A stretch of DNA of 64,000 nt, taken from the NCBI GenBank assembly GCA_902599605.1, contig CACKFV010000004.1, positions 152-64,151 of the forward strand. The letters run 5' to 3'. Numbering within the stretch: position 1 is the first letter of the stretch; the number at the start of each line of letters is the position of its first letter. This document shows positions 12,421 to 22,035 of this stretch, one piece after another. The translations under genes were made by a program, and so were the position numbers. The notes below the pieces were generated by a model. That model worked only from the letters and a program-made list of their open reading frames with translations, was not told the origin of the DNA and did no database searches. The stretch comes from an uncultured Pelagibacteraceae bacterium (GTDB taxonomy: Bacteria > Pseudomonadota > Alphaproteobacteria > Pelagibacterales > Pelagibacteraceae).

Positions 12421-13324
12421 TTTTTTCTATTAGATACTCTAATAATATATGCGGAAAGGTTAAAGACGCCAAACCTATAAATATTACTTTTAAAATTGCA
12501 TCATCAAAAGCATAATAATTAGCTAAAAAATAAAGACTTATTATGAATAGTAATAAAGTCGTTAATGTAAGCGGAAGTGCTTTTCTTATAAACTTATAAA
12601 AACCAACTTTAAAATCATTACTATCAATTTCATATATTAAAGAAAGAGAATGTCTTACAGAGTGTAAAAAACAAAAATAAATTGTGAAAGCAATTAATGG
12701 AGAAAGAAACACATTAAGCAATATAATATTTGTCCAATCTGCAATTAAGAATCCACCATTGTTCGATTGGACTGTTATAATAATATTTGCGATAAAACTT
12801 ACAAATATCATTGATATTAAAAATTTACTGCTTAAAAAACCCAAGTCTAGGTTTAAGATTTGAAAAATTTCATTGGTCTTTTCATTATGAAATAGAAGGG
12901 GTGCAATAATGATTACACTTCCTTTAAATAAATATAGAAAATCGTAAACTAAAGCTTTTGTGTTCTGTTCTATGCAACTATCCTCTTTTCCAAAATGATA
13001 TGAAGCAACCATTAAAAAAATTATTAAAACAATTTCTGGAACTATCATCCAAGTAAAAATTACTATCATCGAGACAGCTATATAAGCTAAGTAAAAGTAA
13101 GACTTATTCTCCACTTTATAGATTTTCATTAATTTATAACCTTTTAGGTGATCAAGAGCTCCATGAGAAACACCTATGATAGATATTAAAAAGAAACAGA
13201 TGATAGTTTGATATTGAAATTCTATTTGATTATTTTCAAAATATTTTGAAATTGAAATTAAAAAAATAATATTGAATAGAAGTAAAAAAAACGAATATTT
13301 TTTATTTATTTTATATAAATCCAT
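12410..13324 (-). CDS. blh: Brp/Blh beta-carotene 15,15'-dioxygenase (retinal-forming)
   Basis: Multi-TM protein with GVSHGALDH, YHFG, LHSVRH, LTFPH. I placed the start at ATG 13324, coupled to the crtY stop, rather than 13354. Confidence 0.9.
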   Translation of the reverse strand: MDLYKINKKYSFFLLLFNIIFLISISKYFENNQIEFQYQTIICFFLISIIGVSHGALDHLKGYKLMKIYKVENKSYFYLAYIAVSMIVIFTWMIVPEIVLIIFLMVASYHFGKEDSCIEQNTKALVYDFLYLFKGSVIIIAPLLFHNEKTNEIFQILNLDLGFLSSKFLISMIFVSFIANIIITVQSNNGGFLIADWTNIILLNVFLSPLIAFTIYFCFLHSVRHSLSLIYEIDSNDFKVGFYKFIRKALPLTLTTLLLFIISLYFLANYYAFDDAILKVIFIGLASLTFPHILLEYLIEKNEK

Positions 13325-14382
13325 TAATTGAATAAAGCCTTTATAAAAGGCCACTTTGGCATTTTTGATATTATTGATAAGTCTTGAAAAATATTACTTT
13401 TATTCGAGAGAAATTTTATACTTGTTTCTGAGTTAGAATTAAAGATTTCAAAAAAAATATTTGGCATTCTTTGAGCATTTTTTTTCATCACTTTTAAAAA
13501 AATTTTATCAAGAATTTCATATTTTTTTCCGATATTGTAAGTTTTCAAACTATCTAAATTTTTAACAATATATTTACAATGTTCTTGAATATTCAAAAAA
13601 GTATATCCAGTACTTAACCTTGTCATTTTACCTGCTGTTCCGATATTAATTTTTTTTTCACCGTTTAAATTTGTTGGATAAAATAATGGAATCTGTCCTT
13701 TTTCTTTATAAATAATTTTGTAGTTTTTAATCTTAAGAATATTTTCAATATATTCCTTAATCTGAAAATCATAGTCTTTTTCTGAAGGATCTTTCATATT
13801 TGATAACCAAGTTGTTTCAATTAAAGCTTTATTTTTTGAAAACGGAAGAGTGTAAAAAAAATGAACGCTATTTTTTTGGTCACAATCAAAATCCATTAAA
13901 TTAATTATAGAATCGTCAAATATATTCTTATCCGTTTCAATTTCATAACCTCCAAAATGTTGCCAAAGATCATTTTCATTTGAATTTATTTTAGGAACAC
14001 TATTAAATACGTATGAATTTTCAGTATTTACATCATCCTTATTTCTGAAGAAATGAATATTTTTATTTGCTTTAAGTCTGTTCAAAGTTTTTTTGTAAAA
14101 TAGACCACTGTCAATAGATTGATACGGTAGACTTTCACATTCAATCTGCTTTGATTTATTGGGAATATTAATTGAAAAAGAATCCCAACTTTTAATCACA
14201 CAATCTTCAAAATTATGTGGAAATGTCTTCCAAAAAGACCATGTTTTATCTCTTTGGTATTCAGTTCTAGGCTCAATAATAGCTAAGGTTTTATCACTTA
14301 ACTTGTTATTAATTTCAAGCTCGTAAGCTAAGGAGAGGCCAGCGCAACCACCACCAATTATTGTATAATCAAATTCTTTCAT
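13324..14382 (-). CDS. crtY: Lycopene beta-cyclase
   Basis: IIGGGCAGLSLA, DKTWSFW, LMDF, FFYTLPF, IGTAG..RLSTGYTF; located in crt cluster. Confidence 0.9.
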   Translation of the reverse strand: MKEFDYTIIGGGCAGLSLAYELEINNKLSDKTLAIIEPRTEYQRDKTWSFWKTFPHNFEDCVIKSWDSFSINIPNKSKQIECESLPYQSIDSGLFYKKTLNRLKANKNIHFFRNKDDVNTENSYVFNSVPKINSNENDLWQHFGGYEIETDKNIFDDSIINLMDFDCDQKNSVHFFYTLPFSKNKALIETTWLSNMKDPSEKDYDFQIKEYIENILKIKNYKIIYKEKGQIPLFYPTNLNGEKKINIGTAGKMTRLSTGYTFLNIQEHCKYIVKNLDSLKTYNIGKKYEILDKIFLKVMKKNAQRMPNIFFEIFNSNSETSIKFLSNKSNIFQDLSIISKMPKWPFIKALFN

Positions 14383-15217
14383 CTATGTTAATTTCTAAAC
14401 CAATCTCATTATGCTCTTCATTTCTGTAATAATTATCTGATTGAATAAATAATAATCTAAAAAAATCAAAAATACTTAAAATAGTTTGAACGATTTTGCC
14501 AGCTTTAGTAACATAAATTTTTCCAGATTGATTATATTCCTCAATGTCTCCTTTTTTGATGATTTTATAACCAATCTCTCTATAAACTCTGCGAGCGACT
14601 AATATGGCGAAACGGCACCTAATTGGAATTTCTCTGATTGAATTAAAACAACTATTATAAAACAAATCTGCAGTAGAAATTGTATTTTTTATATTTGAAA
14701 GATCATGCTTAATATATTCTCTGTTTTTCTTTTTATCTTCTATTACATCTCTAGAAATGTTTGTAAGCTGCATCGCTATACCTAAATCAATTGCAGATTT
14801 CAGAGCTGTTTTAGATTTTACTCTAAGAATTTTCGCCATCATCAAACCTACCGTTCCAGCCACTCTATAAGAATATACTAGCAGCTCTCTTTTAGATTTA
14901 AATTCTATTTTTTCTTTTAAATCAGACTCAATGCCATCAAAAAGATCGAGAACAATTTTTTCCGATACATCAAAGTTTTTAATAATGCGATGTATCTTTT
15001 TGATACTATCGTTTTCGAAGTTGTAGTTAATAAAGTCATTTTTATAGTTAAGGAATTTCTTCTTTTTAATCTCTAAAGATATTTCTTCATCAGCAATATC
15101 GTCTAATATTCTACAAAAATCATACAGGTCAGATCCATTTTTATAAACATCACTAGGCAAGAAAAATCCAGCCCAGTTAAAAGACTTTGCATGAATTGAT
15201 AAAAGATTATTCACCAT
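14369..15217 (-). CDS. crtB: Phytoene synthase
   Basis: AKSFNWA, YDFCRILDDIADE, YRVAGTVG, LGIAMQLTNISRDV. Confidence 0.93.
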   Translation of the reverse strand: MVNNLLSIHAKSFNWAGFFLPSDVYKNGSDLYDFCRILDDIADEEISLEIKKKKFLNYKNDFINYNFENDSIKKIHRIIKNFDVSEKIVLDLFDGIESDLKEKIEFKSKRELLVYSYRVAGTVGLMMAKILRVKSKTALKSAIDLGIAMQLTNISRDVIEDKKKNREYIKHDLSNIKNTISTADLFYNSCFNSIREIPIRCRFAILVARRVYREIGYKIIKKGDIEEYNQSGKIYVTKAGKIVQTILSIFDFFRLLFIQSDNYYRNEEHNEIGLEINIDERI

Positions 15218-16674
15218 TAAAGAATTTTATCTAAAACTTTTGCCGATGATAAAACTCCAGGCACACCAGCACCAGGATGCGTCCCAGCACCAACAAAATA
15301 TAATCCATCATAAATTTCAGACTTATTGTGAAATCTAAAATAAGCAGATTGCGTAAATTTTGGTTGAATTGAAAAGCCTGATCCAAATTTTGTGTTAAGA
15401 TCTTTTTCAAAGTAGTCGGGCGTTAAGTAAAAATCCTCAACTATGTTTTCTCTTAAATTTGGAAGCAAATCCTTTTCCATTTTATCAATTACTAAATTTT
15501 TAATTTTTTCACCGCTCACCGACCAATTTATATTTGATTGATTATTAGGAACTGGCACTAGAACATAAAAACAATCACATCCATCGGGTGCCATCGAATT
15601 ATCTGTTGCTGTAGGTCGATGCAGATAATAGCTTATATCATCGTTAAGTTTCTTTTTATCAAAAATATCATCCAAATGTTCTTTATATTTGTTACCAAAT
15701 TTAATCGTGTGGTGAGCGACATCCTTATAAACTTTTTTAGTTCCAAAATAATAAACAAACAAACCCATTGAATAATCCATTCTTTTTCTCTTAAAGTTGA
15801 AAAAAAAATTCAGGTCTTTTTTATTTAATAATCTCTCATAGACATCAGGCGGATCAGCATTACAAACCACATTATTTGCAGAAATTTCATCACCGTTTTC
15901 TAGTCGAATACCTTTAATTATTTTTCCATTTGAAATAATTTTGTTTACCTCAAAGCCTTTTTTTATTTTTATATTTTCCTCATTCATTAATGTTTCAAGA
16001 CCCTTAATTATATTTCCGGTTCCCCCCATCGAGTAATGAATTCCCCATTTCTTTTCTAAATATAGTATTAAGCCATAAATCGAAGTTGTTGTGAAAGGAT
16101 TACCACCCACAAGAAGAGGATGCATGCTAAGAATTCTTCTAAGTTTTTCGTGTTTAACATATGAGGACACAAGAGAATAAACAGATTTATAACTTTTTAA
16201 CTTTAATAAGGATGGAATTTGTTTCATCATGAAAAAAGGTTTTGTAAAGGGAACATCTGAAAGTTCTAAATACCCCTTTTCAAAAATTTTTTTAGTGAAA
16301 TTTACTAATTTGATATAACCTTTCAAATCATGTGGAGAAATTGCAGATATTTGCTTTTCCATTTCTTCTTCATTTCCTGAGTAATTGAATTTTGTTCCAT
16401 CTTCAAAAACGAATTGATACCAAATATCTAAAGGTTTTATATTTAAATAGTCTTTTGGATCTTTTCCAAATAGTTCGAACAACTCATATATCAGATAAGG
16501 TGCGGTAATCACTGTCGGTCCAGCATCAAATGAAAACCCATTCTTTCTAAAAATTCTTGCTCTACCACCTAAATCATTTTGTTTTTCAATTAAGGTCACC
16601 TCGTGGCCTTTTGCTCTCAGCCTAAGAGCTGCAGATATACCACCAAAACCTGAACCTATGACTATGGATTTCAT
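15217..16674 (-). CDS. crtI: Phytoene desaturase
   Basis: IGSGFGG, FDAGPTVIT, LVGGNPF, YFVGAGTHPGAGVPGV. Confidence 0.96.
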   Translation of the reverse strand: MKSIVIGSGFGGISAALRLRAKGHEVTLIEKQNDLGGRARIFRKNGFSFDAGPTVITAPYLIYELFELFGKDPKDYLNIKPLDIWYQFVFEDGTKFNYSGNEEEMEKQISAISPHDLKGYIKLVNFTKKIFEKGYLELSDVPFTKPFFMMKQIPSLLKLKSYKSVYSLVSSYVKHEKLRRILSMHPLLVGGNPFTTTSIYGLILYLEKKWGIHYSMGGTGNIIKGLETLMNEENIKIKKGFEVNKIISNGKIIKGIRLENGDEISANNVVCNADPPDVYERLLNKKDLNFFFNFKRKRMDYSMGLFVYYFGTKKVYKDVAHHTIKFGNKYKEHLDDIFDKKKLNDDISYYLHRPTATDNSMAPDGCDCFYVLVPVPNNQSNINWSVSGEKIKNLVIDKMEKDLLPNLRENIVEDFYLTPDYFEKDLNTKFGSGFSIQPKFTQSAYFRFHNKSEIYDGLYFVGAGTHPGAGVPGVLSSAKVLDKIL

Positions 16675-16717
16675 AACAATAATTTATATTTTTTTTCTAA
16701 AAATGTAAGAATTTATT

Positions 16718-17218
16718 TTAATTTGAGCCAGCTTTTTTCAAAGCATCTTTAGCATCTTCTAAATTTTTTTGAAATAAATTGTCGAGCTTTGATTTTTCAA
16801 TTGAATTTTTAATTAAATTTTCTGAAGCAGAGAATGCAACATCTACTGAAGTATTTTTTATTTCTCTAACAGCTTCATCCTTCATTTGTTTAATTTTGCT
16901 TAAAGATAGTTCTTTTTTAATTTTAGCCGAGTTCTCAAACTTAAGCTCTAATTCACTCACCATTTTTTCAGAGTCATTTTTTGCTTGATCTATAATTTTT
17001 TTACTTTCCTTCACAGCTGAGCTTAATTTTGATTGAGAGTCTTCTAATAATTTTTTTGTTTCTATTCTTAACTTTTCACTTTCATCTAATTCATTTTTTA
17101 TCTCAGAGATCTTTGTGTCTAAAGCCTCATTTATTTTTCTTGGGATTTTGAAATAAATTAGAACTCCAAAAAAAATAACAAAAGATATAGCTACCCAAAA
17201 AGTTGAATCAAATTCCAT
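16718..17218 (-). CDS. atpF: ATP synthase F0 subunit b
   Basis: DSTFWVAISFVIF TM segment followed by a charged helix; operon position. Confidence 0.88.
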   Translation of the reverse strand: MEFDSTFWVAISFVIFFGVLIYFKIPRKINEALDTKISEIKNELDESEKLRIETKKLLEDSQSKLSSAVKESKKIIDQAKNDSEKMVSELELKFENSAKIKKELSLSKIKQMKDEAVREIKNTSVDVAFSASENLIKNSIEKSKLDNLFQKNLEDAKDALKKAGSN

Positions 17219-17795
17219 TTGTGCTCCTGCTCAATTTTTTAAGTTCTTCTTCAACTAAAGCAGAAACACTGCTTTCATTTACATCAGTTCCAATTAATCT
17301 TTTTATGACTTCGTTGGTTATATTAGAAGCTATTGAATTTATCTTTTTTGGTGAAGATAATTTTAACTCGATTATTTCTTTTTCAACATTTTGAATTTCT
17401 GAATTTAAGTCTTCATCAAGTTTCATTTTTTTTTTAGTTATTTCAGAGACAACCTTCTCTCTTGCGGCTAACATTACTTCTTTAGCTTTGTTTTTACTTT
17501 TCAAAATTATCTCATCAAATTCTTTGAGATTTTTTTCACTTTGTTCTCTTTGCTTTTCAGCTGTCTCAATATTTTCTAAAATTTGCAATCTTCTCTGTTC
17601 TAGGTTTTTACTTATTCTAGGCAAGATAAATTTAGAAAGGACTAAAAAAAGGGTACCGAAAGTTATGGTTAACCAAAAAATTTGCGATACCCAAAATTCA
17701 GGATCCAATTGAGGCATTCCTCCTTTTTCTGCACTTTTCACTGTTACAGTGCAGAACGAGAAATAAAAAATATTAAGTAAAATAATTTTTTTCAC
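17208..17795 (-). CDS. ATP synthase F0 subunit b'
   Basis: GMPQLDPEFWVSQIFWL...LPRI, typical of alphaproteobacterial b'. Confidence 0.9.
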   Translation of the reverse strand: MKKIILLNIFYFSFCTVTVKSAEKGGMPQLDPEFWVSQIFWLTITFGTLFLVLSKFILPRISKNLEQRRLQILENIETAEKQREQSEKNLKEFDEIILKSKNKAKEVMLAAREKVVSEITKKKMKLDEDLNSEIQNVEKEIIELKLSSPKKINSIASNITNEVIKRLIGTDVNESSVSALVEEELKKLSRSTNGI

Positions 17796-17801
17796 AATTA
17801 C

Positions 17802-18029
17802 TTAAAAAGCAAATAAAATTATCAAAGCTACAACAAGTCCAAACAACCCAGTGGCCTCAGCTAATGCGAAACCTAAAAGTAAATTTGGAAATTGTTTTTG
17901 AGCTGCAGATGGATTTCTCATAGCGCCAGATAGATAGTTACCAAAAATAATACCTATTCCTACTCCTGCTCCTGCTAGAGCAATTGCCGCTAATCCCGCT
18001 CCAATCATTTTTGCTGCTTCTAACTCCAT
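17802..18029 (-). CDS. atpE: ATP synthase F0 subunit c
   Basis: GAGVGIG, RNP loop, GFALAEA (ion-binding Glu). Confidence 0.97.
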   Translation of the reverse strand: MELEAAKMIGAGLAAIALAGAGVGIGIIFGNYLSGAMRNPSAAQKQFPNLLLGFALAEATGLFGLVVALIILFAF

Positions 18030-18034
18030 ATTAT

Positions 18035-18042
18035 CCTCCTTA
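18035..18042 (-). promoter_or_regulatory. Strong Shine-Dalgarno TAAGGAGG of atpE
   Basis: Plus strand CCTCCTTA, 5 nt upstream of the ATG at 18029. Confidence 0.85.
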
Positions 18043-18045
18043 TGA

Positions 18046-18780
18046 TTAATGGTGTAAATTTAATGCATCATTTAAATAAATGCATGTTAAAATTGCAAAA
18101 ACATAAGCTTGAAGAAAAGCAACTAATATCTCCAAACCTGTTAGTGCAACTGAAAAACTCAGTGGAAGCCATCCACCGACAATTCCAAGACTTACTACAA
18201 AGCCTCCGAATACTTTCATCATTGTATGTCCCGCCATCATATTTGCAAACAATCTTACAGATAAACTGATGGGCCTACTCAAATAAGAAATAATTTCTAT
18301 AACTACTATTAGTGGTAACAAGACAGCCGGCACTCCGCTGGGTACAAAAAGTTTTAAATAGCCTAATCCATGTTTAATAAATCCAATAATTGTCACTCCA
18401 ATGAAAATAAATGCTGCTAAAACAAATGTTACAATTATGTGGCTTGTTACTGTAAAAGAGTAGGGGATCATACCGAACATGTTACAAAAAAGAACAAACA
18501 TAAAAAGTGAAAATATAAATGAAAAATATGGTTTTGCTTTCGAACCAGCTGTATCACTAATCATCTTAGACACAAATGTATAACTAAGCTCTGAGAGCAA
18601 TTGTATTTTATCAGGAATTATATTTTTCTTTTGTGCACCTAAATTAAAAATTATTAATATTGCTAATGAGCTTATGACCATAAATAAACTAGCATTAGTA
18701 AAGGATAAATCTATTTCCCCTATTTTAATTTCTGGACCAATTCTATAAACATTAAATTGGTACATTGGATTTGCTGCCAT
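18046..18780 (-). CDS. atpB: ATP synthase F0 subunit a
   Basis: SFTNAS, RPISLSVRLFANMMAGH, LQAYVF. Confidence 0.97.
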   Translation of the reverse strand: MAANPMYQFNVYRIGPEIKIGEIDLSFTNASLFMVISSLAILIIFNLGAQKKNIIPDKIQLLSELSYTFVSKMISDTAGSKAKPYFSFIFSLFMFVLFCNMFGMIPYSFTVTSHIIVTFVLAAFIFIGVTIIGFIKHGLGYLKLFVPSGVPAVLLPLIVVIEIISYLSRPISLSVRLFANMMAGHTMMKVFGGFVVSLGIVGGWLPLSFSVALTGLEILVAFLQAYVFAILTCIYLNDALNLHH

Positions 18781-18784
18781 AAAA

Positions 18785-19051
18785 TCAATTCTGTAGTTTT
18801 TTTGCTGACCTGATTACATTTAATATACCCGCAACTACACCAACAAAAAAAAATATTATTATTAACCATGGTTTAGTATCAAACCAATTATCTAAAATAA
18901 ACCCTATAATTGTCCCTACTAATACAGCCGCCACTAACTCAGTGCTCAATTTGAAAGCTTGTCCAATATTAGATGTTTGGGGATTTTCTTTTTCTACTTT
19001 TAACTTTTTACGTGCATTTTTTAGGCGATCTTTTAGCCGTTCTTTATACAT
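18785..19051 (-). CDS. atpI: AtpZ/AtpI family protein
   Basis: ELVAAVLVG..IGFILD.WF.TKPW, two TM helices, first gene of the F0 cluster. Confidence 0.88.
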   Translation of the reverse strand: MYKERLKDRLKNARKKLKVEKENPQTSNIGQAFKLSTELVAAVLVGTIIGFILDNWFDTKPWLIIIFFFVGVVAGILNVIRSAKKLQN

Positions 19052-21449
19052 TTAGGCAACCATGCTCTCAGCCTTTTCAAGGTCAACTGAAACTAGCTGG
19101 CTTATGCCTTTCTCTGGCATAGTTACACCATAAAGTCTATTCATTTTTGACATGGTAAGTGCGTGATGAGTAACAATAATAAATTTTGTTTTAGTAATTT
19201 TTATGAGTTCATCCAAAAGATTGCAAAAACGAGTAACGTTCGCGTCATCTAAAGGTGCATCTACTTCATCTAGAACACATATTGGTGAAGGGTTGGTTAA
19301 GAAAACTGCAAAGATTAAAGATAAAGCTGTCAGCGCTTGCTCTCCACCTGAAAGAAGTGTTATTGACTGAAGTCTTTTTCCTGGGGGACTTACCAACATT
19401 TCTAAACCTGCATCAAGTGGATCATCAGAGTCAACTAATTCTAGTTTCGCACTTCCACCATTAAATAATTTTGTATAAACTTCATTAAACTTTCTATTAA
19501 CTTTTTCAAAAGCCTCAAGGAGTCTTTCTCGACCTTTTTGATTAAGTTCATTAATACTTTCCTTAAGTTTAACAATAGCTGTAACTAAATCTGATCGGTC
19601 TTTTTCCATTTTTTTAATTTCAATCTCGTATTTACTTGTCTCTTCATCTGCTCTTAGATTTACTGATCCTAGTTTGTCTCTCTCTCTTTTTTTTTCATCA
19701 AGCAGTTCCTCTTGTGTTAGTGCATCCGGAAGATCACTTTGATCTTTCAAGTTTGAGAATTCAAAAACATTTTTTTCTGTAAGATTTAATTCATTTTCAA
19801 TCCTCTCTAACAAATCAATTCTTCTTTTTAACAGACCATCGATTGTTGCTGTAGAACTCGCTTTTCTTTCTCTGATTTCTATAGAATTTTCTCTGATCTC
19901 TGAAAGTTCAAGATTAAGGGCGTTAGATTTTTTATCTGATATTTCAATTAATTTTTCATTCTCTTCTTTCTCAATTTCAGAAAGTCTTAAATTTTCAGTT
20001 AGCTGTCCTTTTTTTTCTGCTTGAGTGTTTGGTTTATTTTCTAAAAGATTTAATTGATTAGATGATTTTTGTCTTCTTTCATTTAGTTGTTTTATTGATT
20101 TGTCGGAATTTTCAAGTAGATTTTTCCAACTTTCAATTTCAGTATCAATAATTTTTATTCTTTCTTTTCTCTTTATTGAATCGTTTTTTTATGTTTTGAT
20201 TTTTACTGTAGCTTTCAGCATATTCTTCAATTATGTTTTTACATTCTTCAATAGCTTTTATGGCGTCATCATTTTGGTTTTTACTGATTAAATTTTTTAC
20301 GTTTTCAAGATTATTTTTAAGTTTATCTTTTACAGAAAAAAGGTCATCATTGGATTTTTTTTCAGTATCGTAATATTTTGTATCAATATTGATTAAATCA
20401 TTTTTTTCCTCTTTTAATCTTTTTTCATTTGAATTAGCGTCAATCGTAATACCTTTTTCCCTATCCAAATCATTATCTATTTCGACAAGACTATTCTTAA
20501 AATTTTCAATCTCTCTTTGTATTCTATCATTTTCCTCATCCAAACTTTTGAGTTCCAAGTTTAATCTCTGGATTTTAGAAAGTATTTCAAAATTTTTTTC
20601 TTTAATTGGGGTGTTTGTTGCACTTTCACTTTCTATATTTTTTTCAATTTCATTAATTTTATTTGTAATATTTTCAAATTCTTGATCAGAGTCTTTATTA
20701 ATTTCTTTTTCCAAGGTAATTTCCTTATCTATCTCCTGCAATTTGAGAAAATATAAACCTGCTTCAATTTTTTTTATTTCCTCTGAAATCATCTTATATT
20801 TTCCAGCTTCTTCTGCTTGTTTTTGTAAATTTACTAATTGTTTCTCTTGTTGTCTTCTTAATTCGTCTGCTCTTTTTAAATTATTTTCTGCAGCGTTTAA
20901 TCTTACTTCAGCTTCATGTCTTCTAGCATGTAAACCAGAAATTCCAGCAGCCTCCTCAAGGATTGCCCGTCTATCACTCGGTTTTGCTGTAACTAATGAT
21001 CCAATTCTACCTTGGCTTATTAATGATGGAGAGTGAGCCCCAGTTGAAAGGTCAGCAAAAAACATTTGAGCATCTTTTGCTCTTACCTCTTTTCCATTTA
21101 TATGAAACTTTGATCCTTTGTCCTTTTCAATCTTTCTTCTAATTTCTATTTCAGGAATATGTTTATAATTATGTGATCCTAGACTTCCATCATTCGATAG
21201 GTTTACAATTACCTCAGCTATATTTTTGGAAGGTTTATTTGAAGTACCGGAGAAAATTACATCTTCCATACCTGAGCCTCTCATACTTTTTGCTGATGTT
21301 TCACCCATACACCATCTTAAAGACTCAACGATATTTGATTTACCGCAACCGTTTGGTCCTACTATTCCAGTTAGACCGTCTTCAATAAGTAAACTTGTTT
21401 TATCTGCGAAAGATTTAAAACCGTTTAGTTGAATTTTTTTAAATTCCAT
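19052..21449 (-). pseudogene. smc: Chromosome segregation ATPase SMC, interrupted by a single +1 frameshift (real or sequencing artefact); 798 aa when restored
   Basis: N part 20145-21449 has GFKSF, Walker A GPNGCGKS and Q-loop ISQG. C part has signature LSGGE, Walker [11 protein letters not shown] and VTH. Deleting one base in the T7 run at 20184-20190 joins them into one open frame. dsbA-smc-atpI synteny supports the call. Confidence 0.85.
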
Positions 21450-21456
21450 TAAGGAA

Positions 21457-22035
21457 TTATAACAGTTTTTCTATGGCTTTTTTTAAATTTTTAAACGATA
21501 GCGTTTTTTCAAACTTTTGGTCGTTTAAAATAAGTGTAGGGGTTGAATTTATATCAAATTCTTTTACACCCTCGATTCGTTCGTTTAAGATAAAGGCCTC
21601 TAACTCAGTGTTAGAAAAACACTTTTCTTCATCTAGAGGTTTTTCAAATAACTTTATAACTGAAGACAAATTTGAATTAAGTTCTTCAATCGTTGATCCT
21701 TTGGCCCACTTTTTTTGGTTAGAGTATAAAAAATGTAGTAAGTCTGATTTGCCATCATTGTTACAATGAGCCAGTTTAGATGCATTTAATGCTGCCATGT
21801 CTAATGGGAAATTTCTAAATTCAATATTAATAATACCAGTATCAATAAATTCTTTTTTTAATTCAGGGTAAACTTTATTATGAAAATCTGCACAGAATGA
21901 ACAAGTAAGAGACTCGTAAATTATTATTTTAATTTTTGCGTCTTCTCTACCCTCAATTATTGGTTTGAAGGAAGATGCGTTAATATTTGTCTGGAAAAGA
22001 ACAAAAATTATTAGTACAAAAATTTTCTTAATCAT
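21457..22035 (-). CDS. DsbA-family thiol-disulfide oxidoreductase
   Basis: Signal peptide from ATG 22035, YESLTCSFCADFH (CxxC), FPLD, STPT cis-Pro loop. Confidence 0.88.
   Translation of the reverse strand: MIKKIFVLIIFVLFQTNINASSFKPIIEGREDAKIKIIIYESLTCSFCADFHNKVYPELKKEFIDTGIINIEFRNFPLDMAALNASKLAHCNNDGKSDLLHFLYSNQKKWAKGSTIEELNSNLSSVIKLFEKPLDEEKCFSNTELEAFILNERIEGVKEFDINSTPTLILNDQKFEKTLSFKNLKKAIEKLL

Noticed and set aside
12410-13354. Rhodopsin gene within the crt cluster
   Set aside because: The only multi-TM protein here has Blh histidine motifs and no retinal-binding DxxxK helix.
19052-19813. Treating the two smc ORFs as separate genes
   Set aside because: The frame of the downstream ORF is open back to about 20188, and the intervening sequence encodes continuous coiled coil, so this is one gene with one indel.
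20182-20192. Programmed -1 ribosomal frameshift at the A-rich heptamer in smc
   Set aside because: The required shift is +1 (or -2), not -1, and I see no stimulatory hairpin.
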